In this document: piece after piece, positions 29,144 to 39,961 of the stretch | Layout of the letters: each line of letters begins with the position of its first letter | Numbering within the stretch: the stretch's first letter is position 1 | Origin: a virus | Taxonomy: Duplodnaviria > Heunggongvirae > Uroviricota > Caudoviricetes | Reading direction: 5' to 3' (one strand) | Length of the DNA stretch: 48,174 bases | Virus record (IMG/VR): IMGVR_UViG_2711768016_000013 | Program-made: the position numbers and the translations under genes | Notes under the pieces: model-generated | What the model was told of the DNA's origin: nothing | Seen by the model: the letters and a program-made list of their open reading frames with translations, nothing else | The model's database searches: none

Positions 29144-29203
29144 ATTGCTGCGATCCGGATGGTGAGCAGCGTAACTGTCGGAAGACTTAAACCAGGTACT
29201 AAT

Positions 29204-29968
29204 ATGAAACTGAAAACGGTCGAGATTAACGGAAAACAATACGCAGAAATTGATACTGCTGGCCTGCCAGTTTATGTGCACGACGATGGTAAAGAAATTG
29301 GCTTCGATGCACCGCTGGCGACAAAAAAAATTACAGAGCTTAATGGCGAGGCAAAAAATCATCGCCTGGCTAAAGAAGCTGCAGAGGAAAAACTGGCTAA
29401 GTTTGCCGCTATCGAAGACCCGAAGAAGGCGATCGAGGCACTGGAAATGCTGTCAAAAATCGACCAGAAAAAGCTGCTCGATGCGGGACAGGTTGACCAG
29501 GTTAAGGCAGAAATTACGAAAAATTTTCAGCAGCAATTAGATGAAGAAAAGCAACGCTCTCAGATGCTGGAGAAGCAGCTTTACGATTCTATGATTGGCG
29601 GTAGTTTTGCGGGTTCAAAATATATTGCCGATAAAATTGCGATTCCGGCAGATTTATTACAAGCCCGCTTCGGGCAGGCATTCAAAGTGGAAGAAGGGAG
29701 GATCGTTGCTTATGACGCTTCCGGCAACAAAATTTATTCCCGCGCGAAGCCTGGCGAACTGGCGCAGTTTGATGAGGCGCTGGAGTTCCTTGTCGAAAAT
29801 TACCCTCAGAAAGACTACATCCTGAAAGCCAGTGGCAACAATGGCGGCGGCTCCCGTCCGACACAGCATGATATTGGTCAGAAAACGATGAAACGCTCTG
29901 CTTTTGATGCACTGGATGTTGCAGGTAAGCAAAACGCATTGAAAGACGGTATCACAATCGTTGATTAA
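29204..29968 (+). CDS. Putative scaffolding protein
   Basis: Charged, helix-rich protein (EEKQRSQMLEKQL) between head morphogenesis and capsid genes. Confidence 0.55.
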   Translation: MKLKTVEINGKQYAEIDTAGLPVYVHDDGKEIGFDAPLATKKITELNGEAKNHRLAKEAAEEKLAKFAAIEDPKKAIEALEMLSKIDQKKLLDAGQVDQVKAEITKNFQQQLDEEKQRSQMLEKQLYDSMIGGSFAGSKYIADKIAIPADLLQARFGQAFKVEEGRIVAYDASGNKIYSRAKPGELAQFDEALEFLVENYPQKDYILKASGNNGGGSRPTQHDIGQKTMKRSAFDALDVAGKQNALKDGITIVD

Positions 29969-30066
29969 CACATTTGTCAGCTTCCGGATGGGAGCTGGTG
30001 TCAGGGCTGGATAGCTCATTACTCCATCTATTCACAATTACGCAAATTTTTAAGGAATATTTAATT

Positions 30067-31206
30067 ATGGCTGGAAATACCCTGACCGGGTTGATCCCGA
30101 CTATTTATACCGCCCTGGATGTTGTATCCCGTGAGCAGGTAGGTTTTATCCCTGCGGTAGCAAAAAACGCAAAAGCTGACGCCGCAGCAAAAGATCAGAC
30201 GGTAACCGCGCCAGTTGCGCCTGAGGCGAAAACCGAAGATATCGTACCGGGGCCGTCAGCTCCGAATACCGGTGATCAAAATATTGGCACTGTTGATGTA
30301 AAAATTACTAAATCCAAAATGGCACCGGTTAAATGGAATGGTGAAGAACAACTGGCTCTTGGCCCTTCAGGGACTTACAACACCATTCTGGCTGATCAGT
30401 TCAAGCAGGCTTTTCGCGCCCTTGCAAACGAGGTTGAGGCTGATCTTGGTGCGTTGTATTTCGGTGCTTCCCGCGCCGTGGGAACCGCAGGGACAACGCC
30501 GTTTGGTGTTAAAGATGATCTTTCTGATGCTGCTCTGGCTCGTCAGGTTCTGGAGGATAACGGCGCACCGACAACCGATCTGCAGATGGTGCTTGGCTCC
30601 ACTGCCATTGCTAATTTGCGCGGAAAACAGTCTGTATTGTTTAAAGTGAATGAATCCGGCACTGAACAGCTACTGCGTGAGGGCGTGTTGGGGCGTCTGG
30701 AGGGATTCAATATTCACAGTTCGGCAGGTGTGAAACGAGCGCCAAAGGTTGCTGCAACTGGTTATCTCGTGAATGGAGAGAAAAAAGAAGGCGATGTTCT
30801 TATTTCCATTGATACTGGTTCGGGGAGTATTTCTGCAGGTCAGATTGTTACGTTCGCTGGTGATCCGAATCAGTATGTTGTGGCAGCAGCGACCAGCAAT
30901 CTGATTACTCTTGCAGCGCCCGGACTGCGTCAGGATCTGGCCGATGATACTGCCATCACAGTTGTTGGGGCCTTTACTGCAAATATGGCGTTTGATCGCA
31001 ACGCGTTTCTGCTGGCATCCCGTACTCCGGCAATGCCGGAAGGTGGCGATAATGCTGATGATGTAATGAATGTTACGGACCCGATTTCAGGGATTACGTT
31101 CCAGATTGCACTGTATCGTCAGTATCGCCAGGTGCGCTATGAAGTTGGACTGGCATGGGGTGTTTCATCAGTGAAGCCGGCACATGGTTGTCTGATTCTT
31201 GGTTAA
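30067..31206 (+). CDS. Major capsid protein
   Basis: ATG at 30067 with AAGGAA RBS; about 380 aa; followed by a strong terminator hairpin. Confidence 0.78.
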   Translation: MAGNTLTGLIPTIYTALDVVSREQVGFIPAVAKNAKADAAAKDQTVTAPVAPEAKTEDIVPGPSAPNTGDQNIGTVDVKITKSKMAPVKWNGEEQLALGPSGTYNTILADQFKQAFRALANEVEADLGALYFGASRAVGTAGTTPFGVKDDLSDAALARQVLEDNGAPTTDLQMVLGSTAIANLRGKQSVLFKVNESGTEQLLREGVLGRLEGFNIHSSAGVKRAPKVAATGYLVNGEKKEGDVLISIDTGSGSISAGQIVTFAGDPNQYVVAAATSNLITLAAPGLRQDLADDTAITVVGAFTANMAFDRNAFLLASRTPAMPEGGDNADDVMNVTDPISGITFQIALYRQYRQVRYEVGLAWGVSSVKPAHGCLILG

Positions 31207-31216
31207 ACATTCAAAC

Positions 31217-31236
31217 GGGGCTTCGGCCCCATTTTT
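31217..31236 (+). terminator. Rho-independent terminator hairpin after capsid gene (UUCG tetraloop)
   Basis: GGGGC-TTCG-GCCCC followed by ATTTTT. Confidence 0.6.
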
Positions 31237-31248
31237 AATGGGGGGCAT

Positions 31249-31425
31249 ATGGCCGGATTAACTAAAGAGCAAAGAGCACAGCGTGAAGCCGCACAAAAAA
31301 CGCAAATTGAGTTAGTGGTTATGGTGACCGATTATCAGATGTTTCCCGGCGCACCAACTATCGCTAATGTTCATCCTGATGAAGTTGACAACTGGAAGGC
31401 TATGGGCTGGAAAACTCAGGAGTAA
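31249..31425 (+). CDS. Small hypothetical ORF (58 aa) between capsid and head-tail genes
   Basis: Hand translation MAGLTKEQRAQREAAQKTQIELVVMVTDYQMFPGAPTIANVHPDEVDNWKAMGWKTQE; fills an otherwise empty gap. Confidence 0.3.
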   Translation: MAGLTKEQRAQREAAQKTQIELVVMVTDYQMFPGAPTIANVHPDEVDNWKAMGWKTQE

Positions 31426-31428
31426 CAC

Positions 31429-31824
31429 ATGATCACTTACGTGACCTGTGATGACGTTGATAATGCGTTTGGGAACGCCTGGACGAGTGAGAACGCTAAA
31501 AATAAAGCTGTTTTAATGGCTAATGCCTGGCTTAATGGCTTCAACCTGAAAATTAACCCATCCCGTATTCCGGAAGAGGTAAAACTTGCGGGAGCATATG
31601 CAGCCAGAATTGCCTCATTCGGTAAGTTGTTTCAGCAGAAAAATGATTCTGGCGTTGTTATCAGTAAAGCCGTGTCGGCTGACGGGGTCAGTGTATCGAA
31701 ATCATTTTCTGAGTTGCCAGCAAACAGCACTGCATTGCTTGAACCCGATTTACAGCTTGCGATAGCACTGCTGAAACCGTACGGACTTAGTCGCTCACAA
31801 GTCAGGGTTGTGAGGGGGGGATAA
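31429..31824 (+). CDS. Head-tail connector / head completion protein (putative)
   Basis: 131-aa ORF in canonical position, translationally coupled to downstream genes. Confidence 0.55.
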   Translation: MITYVTCDDVDNAFGNAWTSENAKNKAVLMANAWLNGFNLKINPSRIPEEVKLAGAYAARIASFGKLFQQKNDSGVVISKAVSADGVSVSKSFSELPANSTALLEPDLQLAIALLKPYGLSRSQVRVVRGG

Positions 31825-32207
31825 TGGGGCTTCGTGAAGAGATTCAGTCAGAGGTTGCCGCTGCTTTTGATGAGGATTTAGCGGACGCCGTGAGTGATTT
31901 TTCTGGTTCTTACGTTACGCACCGGCACTGGGATCCTGTGACGGAAACTGGCGGCGAATCAACCGCAATCTATACCGGGCGAGGCGTGTTGACACGTTAT
32001 AAGCTGGGCAGAATTGATGGGATTAATATTTTGCATGGTGACCTTAAATTAACCGCTCTGGTATGCGAGGTTACGGATAAACCAGCTGTCGACCATATTA
32101 TTGAGATTTATGATCCTGTATCAAGGCAGTTACAACGATACGAGGTAATTACAGCAAGTGTAGATCCTTCCGCATCAGTTTACTCTATCCAGTTAAGGAG
32201 AGCGTAA
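31824..32207 (+). CDS. Head-tail joining protein (putative)
   Basis: 127-aa ORF; start overlaps upstream stop; G7 tract in RBS region. Confidence 0.5.
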   Translation: MGLREEIQSEVAAAFDEDLADAVSDFSGSYVTHRHWDPVTETGGESTAIYTGRGVLTRYKLGRIDGINILHGDLKLTALVCEVTDKPAVDHIIEIYDPVSRQLQRYEVITASVDPSASVYSIQLRRA

Positions 32208-32588
32208 ATGGCAAAGGCATGGGATATAGAACCGTCAATATTTGCCGGGATGATTGAGGAAGATGTAGGGCTGAAGATTCGCTACATCGCTATGCAGATT
32301 CTTACTGCTATTGATATTGCTGCTCCGGTTGATACCGGACGTTTCAGAAATAACAACCTGGTGTCGTTACAGCATCCCGATTTTGGTATATCTGATAACG
32401 TGGATCCGAACGGTACGATTGCTGTTCAGCGTGGGATCGGGGTTATTTCGAAAGCTGCAAATTACGGGGTTATTTATATCCAGAATAACCTTCCTTATGC
32501 AGAGGCTCTTGAAAACGGTCATTCACAACAAGCGCCAACTGGCGTGTATGCCAACGCTTTTCATGGTGTTTTACAGGCTTACAAATGA
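32208..32588 (+). CDS. Head-tail joining / tail completion protein (putative)
   Basis: 126-aa ORF in tightly packed array. Confidence 0.5.
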   Translation: MAKAWDIEPSIFAGMIEEDVGLKIRYIAMQILTAIDIAAPVDTGRFRNNNLVSLQHPDFGISDNVDPNGTIAVQRGIGVISKAANYGVIYIQNNLPYAEALENGHSQQAPTGVYANAFHGVLQAYK

Positions 32589-32977
32589 AGTTTACTGAAA
32601 TCAGAAATACGGTTATTTCCAGAATGACGGCACAGACGATTATTGATGGAAAAGACGTATTGTATCCGAACGGGCCAACGTTCGATCCTTCCGGTAAGTT
32701 AATCTGGGCGCGGTTAAGTAATATTCCCGGGCAGGCTGGAGTTAATGAAATTGGCGCGGGGCCGGTTGTTTATCGCACGGGGATAATCATTATTCAGTTA
32801 TTTGTCCCCGCAGGTTCTGGTTCAAAACTCATTACTGAGACAGCCGATAAATTGCGGGAACTGTTTGAGTTTCAGGATGACGATCGTCTCAGTTACCAGG
32901 CTGTTTCCTCAATAGCCGTTGGCGAAAAGAATGGCTGGTTCCAGCTTAATCTTCAAATTCCATATCGCGCGCTCTAG
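32585..32977 (+). CDS. Tail terminator / completion protein (putative)
   Basis: 130-aa ORF preceding the major tail protein gene. Confidence 0.5.
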   Translation: MKFTEIRNTVISRMTAQTIIDGKDVLYPNGPTFDPSGKLIWARLSNIPGQAGVNEIGAGPVVYRTGIIIIQLFVPAGSGSKLITETADKLRELFEFQDDDRLSYQAVSSIAVGEKNGWFQLNLQIPYRAL

Positions 32978-33003
32978 CGCAATTAATGACATAGGAGGCT
33001 CCT

Positions 33004-33966
33004 GTGAGTTCAGGTGCAAAGGTTATCTCGGCATTTATCCGGGAGACGGTTGCAGGCACTACGCCAGCAAGTGGTGACTGGAGTTTATTAAAACGCACAA
33101 GCTGGGGAGTAAAACCCACCCAGAATAAAGGCGAAAATAATGAGATTGGTGGCTCCCGGATGGCTCAGGGGGCGACGCCTGGCACTGTGGATGTCGGCGG
33201 TGATGTTGGTACCAAATTTCGCTGGGGTCAACATGATGATTTTCTTGCATCCTGTTTCGGCGCGGAATGGTCAGGCGATTCTCTGACAATGGGGAATGAG
33301 CGAATAACATTTTCTCTGGCGACCTATGCGTCCGATGTCGGAATTGCCTCTGTCGTCAGAGGAGCGCAGGTTGGCTCATGGAAAATGCAGATCCCTAACG
33401 ACGGCGATATTACAGCGACCGTAACCTTTGCCGGACTGGACTGGGAATCAAAGGCCGATGATACGAATTTTATCAAAGGCGAACCTGTGGATAGTGCAGG
33501 AAAGCTACGTTATTCGTTTAAGGAGGTTTCAGCAGTAAGCCTGAATGGTGTTGCCGGAGGTAACGGTTTTTGTATCGACAGTTTTGATATTCAGTTCGAT
33601 AACAAACTCCAGACACAGCGTTGTATCGGGACTGGCTCGCCTTATGCAGGAGCAAATATTCCGACTACTTTTACACCGTCCGGTACGGTGACGCTTTCAT
33701 GGTCTAAAGCCGCGTGGGAAATCTGGAGTAAAACACTGACTGGAGAAACAGTTCCGTTCAGCTTCACGCTTTCGAATGGAGAGGGGGCATACACTTTCAG
33801 TTTCCCGAAGGTTCAGGTGTCAGGTGAATGGCCTGATGGGGGTAATAGCGACATTATCCAGGTTCAATTGAGCATTACCGCAGCAGATGAAGCACCTACG
33901 ATAACCAGAAAAAAAAATTCCCCGGCTGCCGTGATCGCAAAAGCCAGTGCTGAGGCGATTAGTTGA
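33004..33966 (+). CDS. Major tail (tube) protein
   Basis: GTG start with AGGAGG RBS; 320 aa; upstream of chaperone and tape measure genes. Confidence 0.7.
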   Translation: MSSGAKVISAFIRETVAGTTPASGDWSLLKRTSWGVKPTQNKGENNEIGGSRMAQGATPGTVDVGGDVGTKFRWGQHDDFLASCFGAEWSGDSLTMGNERITFSLATYASDVGIASVVRGAQVGSWKMQIPNDGDITATVTFAGLDWESKADDTNFIKGEPVDSAGKLRYSFKEVSAVSLNGVAGGNGFCIDSFDIQFDNKLQTQRCIGTGSPYAGANIPTTFTPSGTVTLSWSKAAWEIWSKTLTGETVPFSFTLSNGEGAYTFSFPKVQVSGEWPDGGNSDIIQVQLSITAADEAPTITRKKNSPAAVIAKASAEAIS

Positions 33967-34014
33967 TTTTCCGTTATTCCTCCTGTGGTACTGCCCTACA
34001 GGGGGACGCATTGA

Positions 34015-34476
34015 ATGAGGTTATGGATGTTTATTCTTAATCAGAAAATTATCATTGGTGGAGAACGCTGGTTTACGCCAATGAAGGACTTAAAACCTGT
34101 AGACGGGTTAAAACTGTTGGTGGCAAGCAGCGATAACGATCAGTATCGCTCCCGTAATGCATTAATCCGTCGCCACATTGAGAAAATGGATGCCAGTTTG
34201 CACGTCGGAACGAAGGAGTTTGATATTTCAAAGGTTTCCGAGGTGGATTCTGTTGATGATTTACTCATTGATAATGCCGCTCGTTATCTGCTGAAAGACT
34301 GGAAAGGGGTTGGTGAACTGGTTAATGGTGTTGAGGTTGCACTGGAATATACGGCAGAACGAGGGATCGCGCTGCTTAAGCAGAATCCAGAGTTGTACTG
34401 GCAGATCCTTGCAGAAGCAGCCAGCATCGCCCAGGGTAAAGAGCAGCAGAAGCAGGATACGATAAAAAAGCCATAG
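34015..34476 (+). CDS. Tail assembly chaperone (lambda G-like)
   Basis: Position between major tail and tape measure genes; ends 4 nt after slippery heptamer A AAA AAG. Confidence 0.7.
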   Translation: MRLWMFILNQKIIIGGERWFTPMKDLKPVDGLKLLVASSDNDQYRSRNALIRRHIEKMDASLHVGTKEFDISKVSEVDSVDDLLIDNAARYLLKDWKGVGELVNGVEVALEYTAERGIALLKQNPELYWQILAEAASIAQGKEQQKQDTIKKP

Positions 34477-34784
34477 CTGCCCAGCGGTGGTTATCGGAGT
34501 TCGGGGGAGAAAGGGGGGAAAAGGCAAGATGGAAGCGAGAAAAACTCAGGTTGCCACCGATACCGGAACCAGAAATAGACCCGGTGCTTAAGGAGTTGTT
34601 GTACGCCTATTCGGTAATATCCCGTGCCCGACGTTATGCTGGAATGGCTGGGGTGCCTTTGCCTTTATCTCTGACAGAGATAAATGAATATTTAGCCACT
34701 CATCCGGTATTGATTGAGCGCGATGAATTTGAAGCAGTGATCTTTGCACTGGATGACCAGTATTTTCAGGAGCAGTGTGTGTAG
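34015..34784 (+). CDS. Tail assembly chaperone frameshift fusion (lambda GT-like) via programmed -1 frameshift at 34464-34470
   Basis: A AAA AAG in frame of ORF1; -1 frame is open from the slip site to the stop at 34784. Confidence 0.55.
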
Positions 34785-34904
34785 TTGTTAATTACGTACA
34801 CTCTGTTACAGAGATGTGATGGTGTCTTTAATTAAATCGATGATGCTCCTGGAGAAAAGCATTGCGTGGCCTCGTAATCGCTATATCTACTATTATGTCG
34901 CCTG

Positions 34905-34930
34905 AAACCCACTTCGCGGTGGGTTTTTTG
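34905..34930 (+). terminator. Hairpin plus T-run between chaperone and tape measure genes
   Basis: AAACCCAC-TTCGCG-GTGGGTTT followed by TTTG. Confidence 0.45.
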
Positions 34931-34949
34931 TTGTCAGGAGTTTTAATAA

Positions 34950-37900
34950 ATGGCAGAGCAAACCTCGCGTCTCGCAATAATTATTGATAGCACTGGAGCG
35001 AAAAATAATGCTGACAATCTGACCTCCTCATTAGTCAAAATGACGCAGGCTGGGGAAACTGCTGCAAATAGCGCAGGGAAAGTGACTAAGGCAACAGAAG
35101 ATGAGAAGAACGCGCTCGCAAAATTAAAAGCAGCTATTGATCCAGTTGGTGCCGCAATTGATACTGTCGGTCGACGCTATTCTGAATTAAAGAAATTTTT
35201 CGATAAAGGGCTTATTGATAAAGAAGAATATGAATTTCTTGTCCGTAAACTTAATGAAACCACAGAGGAATTGAGCGGGGTTGCGCAAGCGCAGAGAGAA
35301 GCCGAGAAGGCCGGAAAACTTGCTGCCGCCCAGCAGGAAGCGCAGGCTCAGGCCTTTCAAAGAATGCTGGACAAGATCGACCCTCTGGCTGCGGCGCTAA
35401 GAAATCTTGAACAACAGCATGATGAACTTAATGCTGCGTTTGCATCCGGGAAAATAAATGGTTCTCAGTTTGAGAATTATAGCCGAAAAATACAGGAAAC
35501 ACGGCGAGAGCTTACCGGAGAGGCTCAGGCAGAGCGAGAAGCAGCAAAAGCGCATGATGAACAGGTTGTTGCTTTGCAACGTCTGATTGCTCAACTTGAT
35601 CCTGTCGGAACTGCTTTTAATCGTCTGGTAGAACAACAGAAACAGCTCAATGAAGCAAAAGCTAAGGGGATGCTTTCTCCTGAAATGTATGAGGAGCTTT
35701 CTGGAAAACTTCGTGCTATGCGGAGTGAGCTTGAGGTTACTCAATCACAATTAAGCAAAACCGGAATGTCGGCAAAACAAACGGCTTTTGCTATGCGCAT
35801 GTTGCCTGTACAAATGACGGATATTGTTGTTGGGTTGTCCACTGGTCAGTCGCCATTTATGGTGTTAATGCAGCAGGGCGGCCAGCTAAAAGATATGTTC
35901 GGTGGGATTGGCCCGGCGATCAAAGGTGTAGGTTCTTATGTGCTGGGATTAATTAATCCTTTTACCCTGGCCGCAGCAGCCGTTGGGGTCTTAGGACTGG
36001 CTTACTATAAAGGCTCTCAGGAGCAGGACGAATTTAATAAATCTCTTATTCTTACCGGAAATCAGTTGGGGACAACCAGCGGGCAATTGGGCGATATAGC
36101 TCAACGTGCCGGGAATGCGGCTGATTCGACAACTGGTGCTGCGGCGGCAGTATTAAATCAGCTTGTGCGTTCGGGAAAGGTAGCGAGCAGTTCGCTGGAG
36201 CAAGTGACGACAGCGATAGTAAAAACGAGCGAAGTAACAGGAATATCAACCGAACAACTGGTTAATGACTTCAATGAAATTGCAAAGGATCCTGTCAGTG
36301 CCATATCAAAACTTAATGATCAGTACCATTTTCTGACACTTGCGACTTATAACCAGATTAAGGCGCTACAGGATGAAGGGAACCAGCAGGAGGCCGCCCG
36401 CATTGCGACAGAAGAATACTCATCCTCAATGATCCAGCGCACCAACCAGATTAAAGAAAATCTTGGTTATCTTGAGACTGCATGGAAAGCTGTCGCAGAC
36501 TCCGCAAAATGGGCATGGGATTCCATGCTGGATATTGGCCGTGAGGCCTCCCTTGATCAAAAAATCTCAGATGTTCTCCGTCAAATTGATGAAATAGAAA
36601 AAAATACCCGACCCGGAGTTTTCGGGTTAGGTGGCATTGGAGATGGCGGAGCTCAAAATAAAAGGCTGGCACGATTAAAGCAGCAATTGGGCGTACTTCA
36701 AGCAGAAAAAATTGCTCAGGACGTACTAAATTCATCAATAAACGATTACAACAAGCGACAACAGGAAGGAATTGAACTCAGACAGAGAGCAGATGCCTTT
36801 TCAAAACAATATCAGACCCGGGAGCAGCAGAGAGCTAGTGAACTTGCAAAACTGGAAAAGCTAAAGAATCAGTATTCAAAGGAAGAATATAATAATCTTA
36901 TCGCTCAAATAAATGAGCGTTATAAAGATCCAAAGCAACCAAAGGCGAAAGGTTATTCTGATGATGCAGCCCAACGAATGATTGATCATCTGAATCAACA
37001 GAATGCGTTACTAAGTTCACAAGCTGAGTTGACCGTTAAATTAAGTTCCTCTGAACAGGAACTGGTTAAGTGGCGTCAGCGGATTGCCGACCTAGAGTCA
37101 CGACCATCATCGAAATTAACCCAGGATCAGAAATCGCTTCTCTTACACCGGGAAGAAATAACCACGTTGATGGAGAAAAATGTTGCGATTGAAAAAAATA
37201 ACAGGCTAATCAAGGAATCCGCCGAAATAACAGCATGGCGTGATTCATTGCAGGCTTCGATTGATAATCGTCAGCAGGGGTATGATATTCAGATTGCTGG
37301 TTATGGGGTTGGCGATAAAAATCAGCAACGCCAGCAGGAATTACTGCGGATTGAACATGGATATAACAATCAGCGTCTGCAACTTGAACGTGACTATGCA
37401 GATAAATCCCGTGGAATGTCAGATCATGTTTTTCAAGAGAAAATGCAGGCTCTGAATGATGCTCTGGAACGGGAAAAAGAAATTGTCAGACAGAAAAACG
37501 AGCAGCTCGATATTCAGGCAGGAGACTGGGTTAGTGGTGCCTCCCAGGGATTCAATAACTGGCTGGATGACACTAAGGATATCAGTGAGCAGATAAAATC
37601 AACCACGACTCAGATGTTTGATGGGATGACCGATGCGCTGGGTGATTTTGTCACGACAGGCAAGGCAAATTTTCGTTCTTTCGCTACTTCCGTGATTTCG
37701 GATCTTAGTCGAATAGCATTAAAGGCTTCAATTACTGGGATTTTCGACAGCATTAGTAACAGTTCTTCTGGGGGGATTTTAGGAACTATCGGGAGTGCTA
37801 TTAGTAAATTTATTCCGAATGCAAAGGGCGGTGTTTATGAGTCTCCGTCATTGAGCACGTATTCGAACGGTATTTATGATTCCCCGCAATTTTTTGCTTT

Positions 37901-38183
37901 TGCAAAAGGGGCTGGTGTTTTTGGTGAGGCTGGACCGGAAGCCATTATGCCATTAACACGAACTTCCGATGGTTCTCTTGGTGTCAGAGCTATTAATAGT
38001 AAAAGTGGTAATGGAGGCGGAGATATTACCTATGCCCCTGTATACCAAATCACTATTCAAAATGACGGCCAGAATGGAGAGATTGGCCCTCAGGCAATAA
38101 AAGCACTTATGGGGATGGTTGATCAGCGGGTGCAGGGCAATCTGTTAAATATGCGACGTGATGGGGGAATGTTAAGTGGCTAA
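34950..38183 (+). CDS. Tail tape measure protein
   Basis: 1077 aa, coiled-coil-rich N-terminal two thirds, hydrophobic central segment. Confidence 0.9.
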   Translation: MAEQTSRLAIIIDSTGAKNNADNLTSSLVKMTQAGETAANSAGKVTKATEDEKNALAKLKAAIDPVGAAIDTVGRRYSELKKFFDKGLIDKEEYEFLVRKLNETTEELSGVAQAQREAEKAGKLAAAQQEAQAQAFQRMLDKIDPLAAALRNLEQQHDELNAAFASGKINGSQFENYSRKIQETRRELTGEAQAEREAAKAHDEQVVALQRLIAQLDPVGTAFNRLVEQQKQLNEAKAKGMLSPEMYEELSGKLRAMRSELEVTQSQLSKTGMSAKQTAFAMRMLPVQMTDIVVGLSTGQSPFMVLMQQGGQLKDMFGGIGPAIKGVGSYVLGLINPFTLAAAAVGVLGLAYYKGSQEQDEFNKSLILTGNQLGTTSGQLGDIAQRAGNAADSTTGAAAAVLNQLVRSGKVASSSLEQVTTAIVKTSEVTGISTEQLVNDFNEIAKDPVSAISKLNDQYHFLTLATYNQIKALQDEGNQQEAARIATEEYSSSMIQRTNQIKENLGYLETAWKAVADSAKWAWDSMLDIGREASLDQKISDVLRQIDEIEKNTRPGVFGLGGIGDGGAQNKRLARLKQQLGVLQAEKIAQDVLNSSINDYNKRQQEGIELRQRADAFSKQYQTREQQRASELAKLEKLKNQYSKEEYNNLIAQINERYKDPKQPKAKGYSDDAAQRMIDHLNQQNALLSSQAELTVKLSSSEQELVKWRQRIADLESRPSSKLTQDQKSLLLHREEITTLMEKNVAIEKNNRLIKESAEITAWRDSLQASIDNRQQGYDIQIAGYGVGDKNQQRQQELLRIEHGYNNQRLQLERDYADKSRGMSDHVFQEKMQALNDALEREKEIVRQKNEQLDIQAGDWVSGASQGFNNWLDDTKDISEQIKSTTTQMFDGMTDALGDFVTTGKANFRSFATSVISDLSRIALKASITGIFDSISNSSSGGILGTIGSAISKFIPNAKGGVYESPSLSTYSNGIYDSPQFFAFAKGAGVFGEAGPEAIMPLTRTSDGSLGVRAINSKSGNGGGDITYAPVYQITIQNDGQNGEIGPQAIKALMGMVDQRVQGNLLNMRRDGGMLSG

Positions 38184-38514
38184 TACGGAAGAATTTCACT
38201 GGTTACCAGAGGATGGAATGAAAACAGAAAATAAACCATCGATAAAAACTGTAAGATTTGGTGATGGTTATGAGCAACGAAGTCCAAATGGACTTAATCA
38301 TTCTCTGCGCGTTTTCACCTGTGATTTCAAAGTTGAGGCGAATGAACGTGATTCATTTGAAAAATTTTTAGCCCGGCATGAAGGCTATAAATCTTTTTTT
38401 TGGCGCCCGCCGGGTATTAACAGAAAAATCAGAGTGGTGTGTCGAACGTGGTCAGCGACAGAACATATCACCTATACCGATTTTTCGTGTCAGTTTGACG
38501 AAGTGGTGATCTGA
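38176..38514 (+). CDS. Minor tail protein M (lambda gpM-like)
   Basis: 112 aa immediately after tape measure gene. Confidence 0.82.
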   Translation: MANTEEFHWLPEDGMKTENKPSIKTVRFGDGYEQRSPNGLNHSLRVFTCDFKVEANERDSFEKFLARHEGYKSFFWRPPGINRKIRVVCRTWSATEHITYTDFSCQFDEVVI

Positions 38515-39212
38515 TGCAGGACATACAACAGGAAACGCTGAATGAATGCATTCGTGCGGAGCAGTCGGCCAGCGTGGTGCTCTGGGAAATCGACCTGACC
38601 GAGGTAGGCGGGGATCGCTACTTTTTCTGCAATGAGCAGAACGAGAAAGGAGAGTCTGTCACCTGGCAGAGTCGGCAGTATCAGGCCTATCCCATTCAGG
38701 GGAGTGGATTTGAGATGAACGGCAAAGGTGCCAGTGCAAGGCCAACGCTGAAAGTCTCTAATCTGCACGGCATGGTCACCGGGATGGCGGAAGACCTGCA
38801 GAGTCTGGTCGGCGGAACGGTGGTCAGGCGTAAGGTTTACGCCCGTTTTCTGGATGCGGTGAACTTCGTCAACGGAAACAGTGACGCCGATCCGGAGCAG
38901 GAGGTGATCAGCCGCTGGCGTATTGAGCAGTGCAGCGAACTGAGCGCGGTCAGTGCCTCCTTTGTACTGTCCACGCCGACGGAAACGGACGGCGCTGTTT
39001 TTCCGGGGCGCATCATGCTTGCTAATACCTGCACCTGGACCTATCGCGGTGATGAGTGCGGTTATCACGGTCCGGCTGTCGCGGATGAATATGACCAGCC
39101 AACGTCCGATATCACGAAGGATAAATGCAGCAAATGCCTGAGCGGTTGTAAGTTCCGCAATAACGTCGGCAACTTTGGCGGCTTCCTTTCCATTAACAAA
39201 CTTTCGCAGTAA
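38514..39212 (+). CDS. Minor tail protein L (lambda gpL-like)
   Basis: 232 aa with C-terminal Cys cluster (CTWTYRGDECGY...CSKCLSGC). Confidence 0.85.
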   Translation: MQDIQQETLNECIRAEQSASVVLWEIDLTEVGGDRYFFCNEQNEKGESVTWQSRQYQAYPIQGSGFEMNGKGASARPTLKVSNLHGMVTGMAEDLQSLVGGTVVRRKVYARFLDAVNFVNGNSDADPEQEVISRWRIEQCSELSAVSASFVLSTPTETDGAVFPGRIMLANTCTWTYRGDECGYHGPAVADEYDQPTSDITKDKCSKCLSGCKFRNNVGNFGGFLSINKLSQ

Positions 39213-39217
39213 ATCCC

Positions 39218-39961
39218 ATGACACAGACAGAATCAGCGATTCTGGCGCACGCCCGGCGATGTGCGCCAGCGGAGTCGTGCGGCTTCGTGGTGAGAACACC
39301 GGAGGGGGAAAGATATTTTCCCTGCGTGAATATTTCCGGTGAGCCGGAGGAGTATTTCCGGATGGCTCCGGAGGACTGGCTGCAGGCAGAGATGCAGGGT
39401 GAGATTGTGGCGCTGGTCCACAGCCACCCCGGTGGTCTGCCCTGGCTGAGTGAGGCCGACCGGCGGCTGCAGGTGCAGAGTGATTTGTCGTGGTGGCTGG
39501 TCTGCCGCGGGGCGATTCACAAGTTCCGCTGTGTGCCGCATCTCACCGGGCGGCGCTTTGAGCACGGGGTGACGGACTGTTACACGCTGTTCCGGGACGC
39601 TTACCATCTGGCGGGAATTGAGATGCCAGATTTTCATCGTGAGGACGACTGGTGGCGTAATGGTCAGAATCTCTATCTGGATAATCTGGAGGCTACAGGG
39701 CTGTATCAGGTGCCGTTGTCAACGGCGCAGCCGGGCGATGTGCTGCTGTGCTGTTTTGGTTCATCGGTGCCGAATCATGCCGCCATTTACTGTGGTGACG
39801 GCGAGCTGCTGCACCATATTCCTGAACAACTGAGCAAACGAGAGAGGTATACCGACAAATGGCAGCGACGCACACACTCCCTCTGGCGTCACCGGGCATG
39901 GCACGCATCTGCCTTTACGGGGATTTGCAGCGATTTGGCCGCCGCATCGACCTTCGTGTGA
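39218..39961 (+). CDS. Tail assembly protein K (lambda gpK-like; JAMM/MPN plus NlpC/P60)
   Basis: HSHP JAMM-like motif and DCYTLFRDAY NlpC/P60-like Cys region. Confidence 0.85.
   Translation: MTQTESAILAHARRCAPAESCGFVVRTPEGERYFPCVNISGEPEEYFRMAPEDWLQAEMQGEIVALVHSHPGGLPWLSEADRRLQVQSDLSWWLVCRGAIHKFRCVPHLTGRRFEHGVTDCYTLFRDAYHLAGIEMPDFHREDDWWRNGQNLYLDNLEATGLYQVPLSTAQPGDVLLCCFGSSVPNHAAIYCGDGELLHHIPEQLSKRERYTDKWQRRTHSLWRHRAWHASAFTGICSDLAAASTFV

Noticed and set aside
35397-36738. Minus-strand ORFs (65-115 aa) inside the tape measure gene
   Set aside because: Antisense to the 1077-aa tape measure ORF; no independent support.
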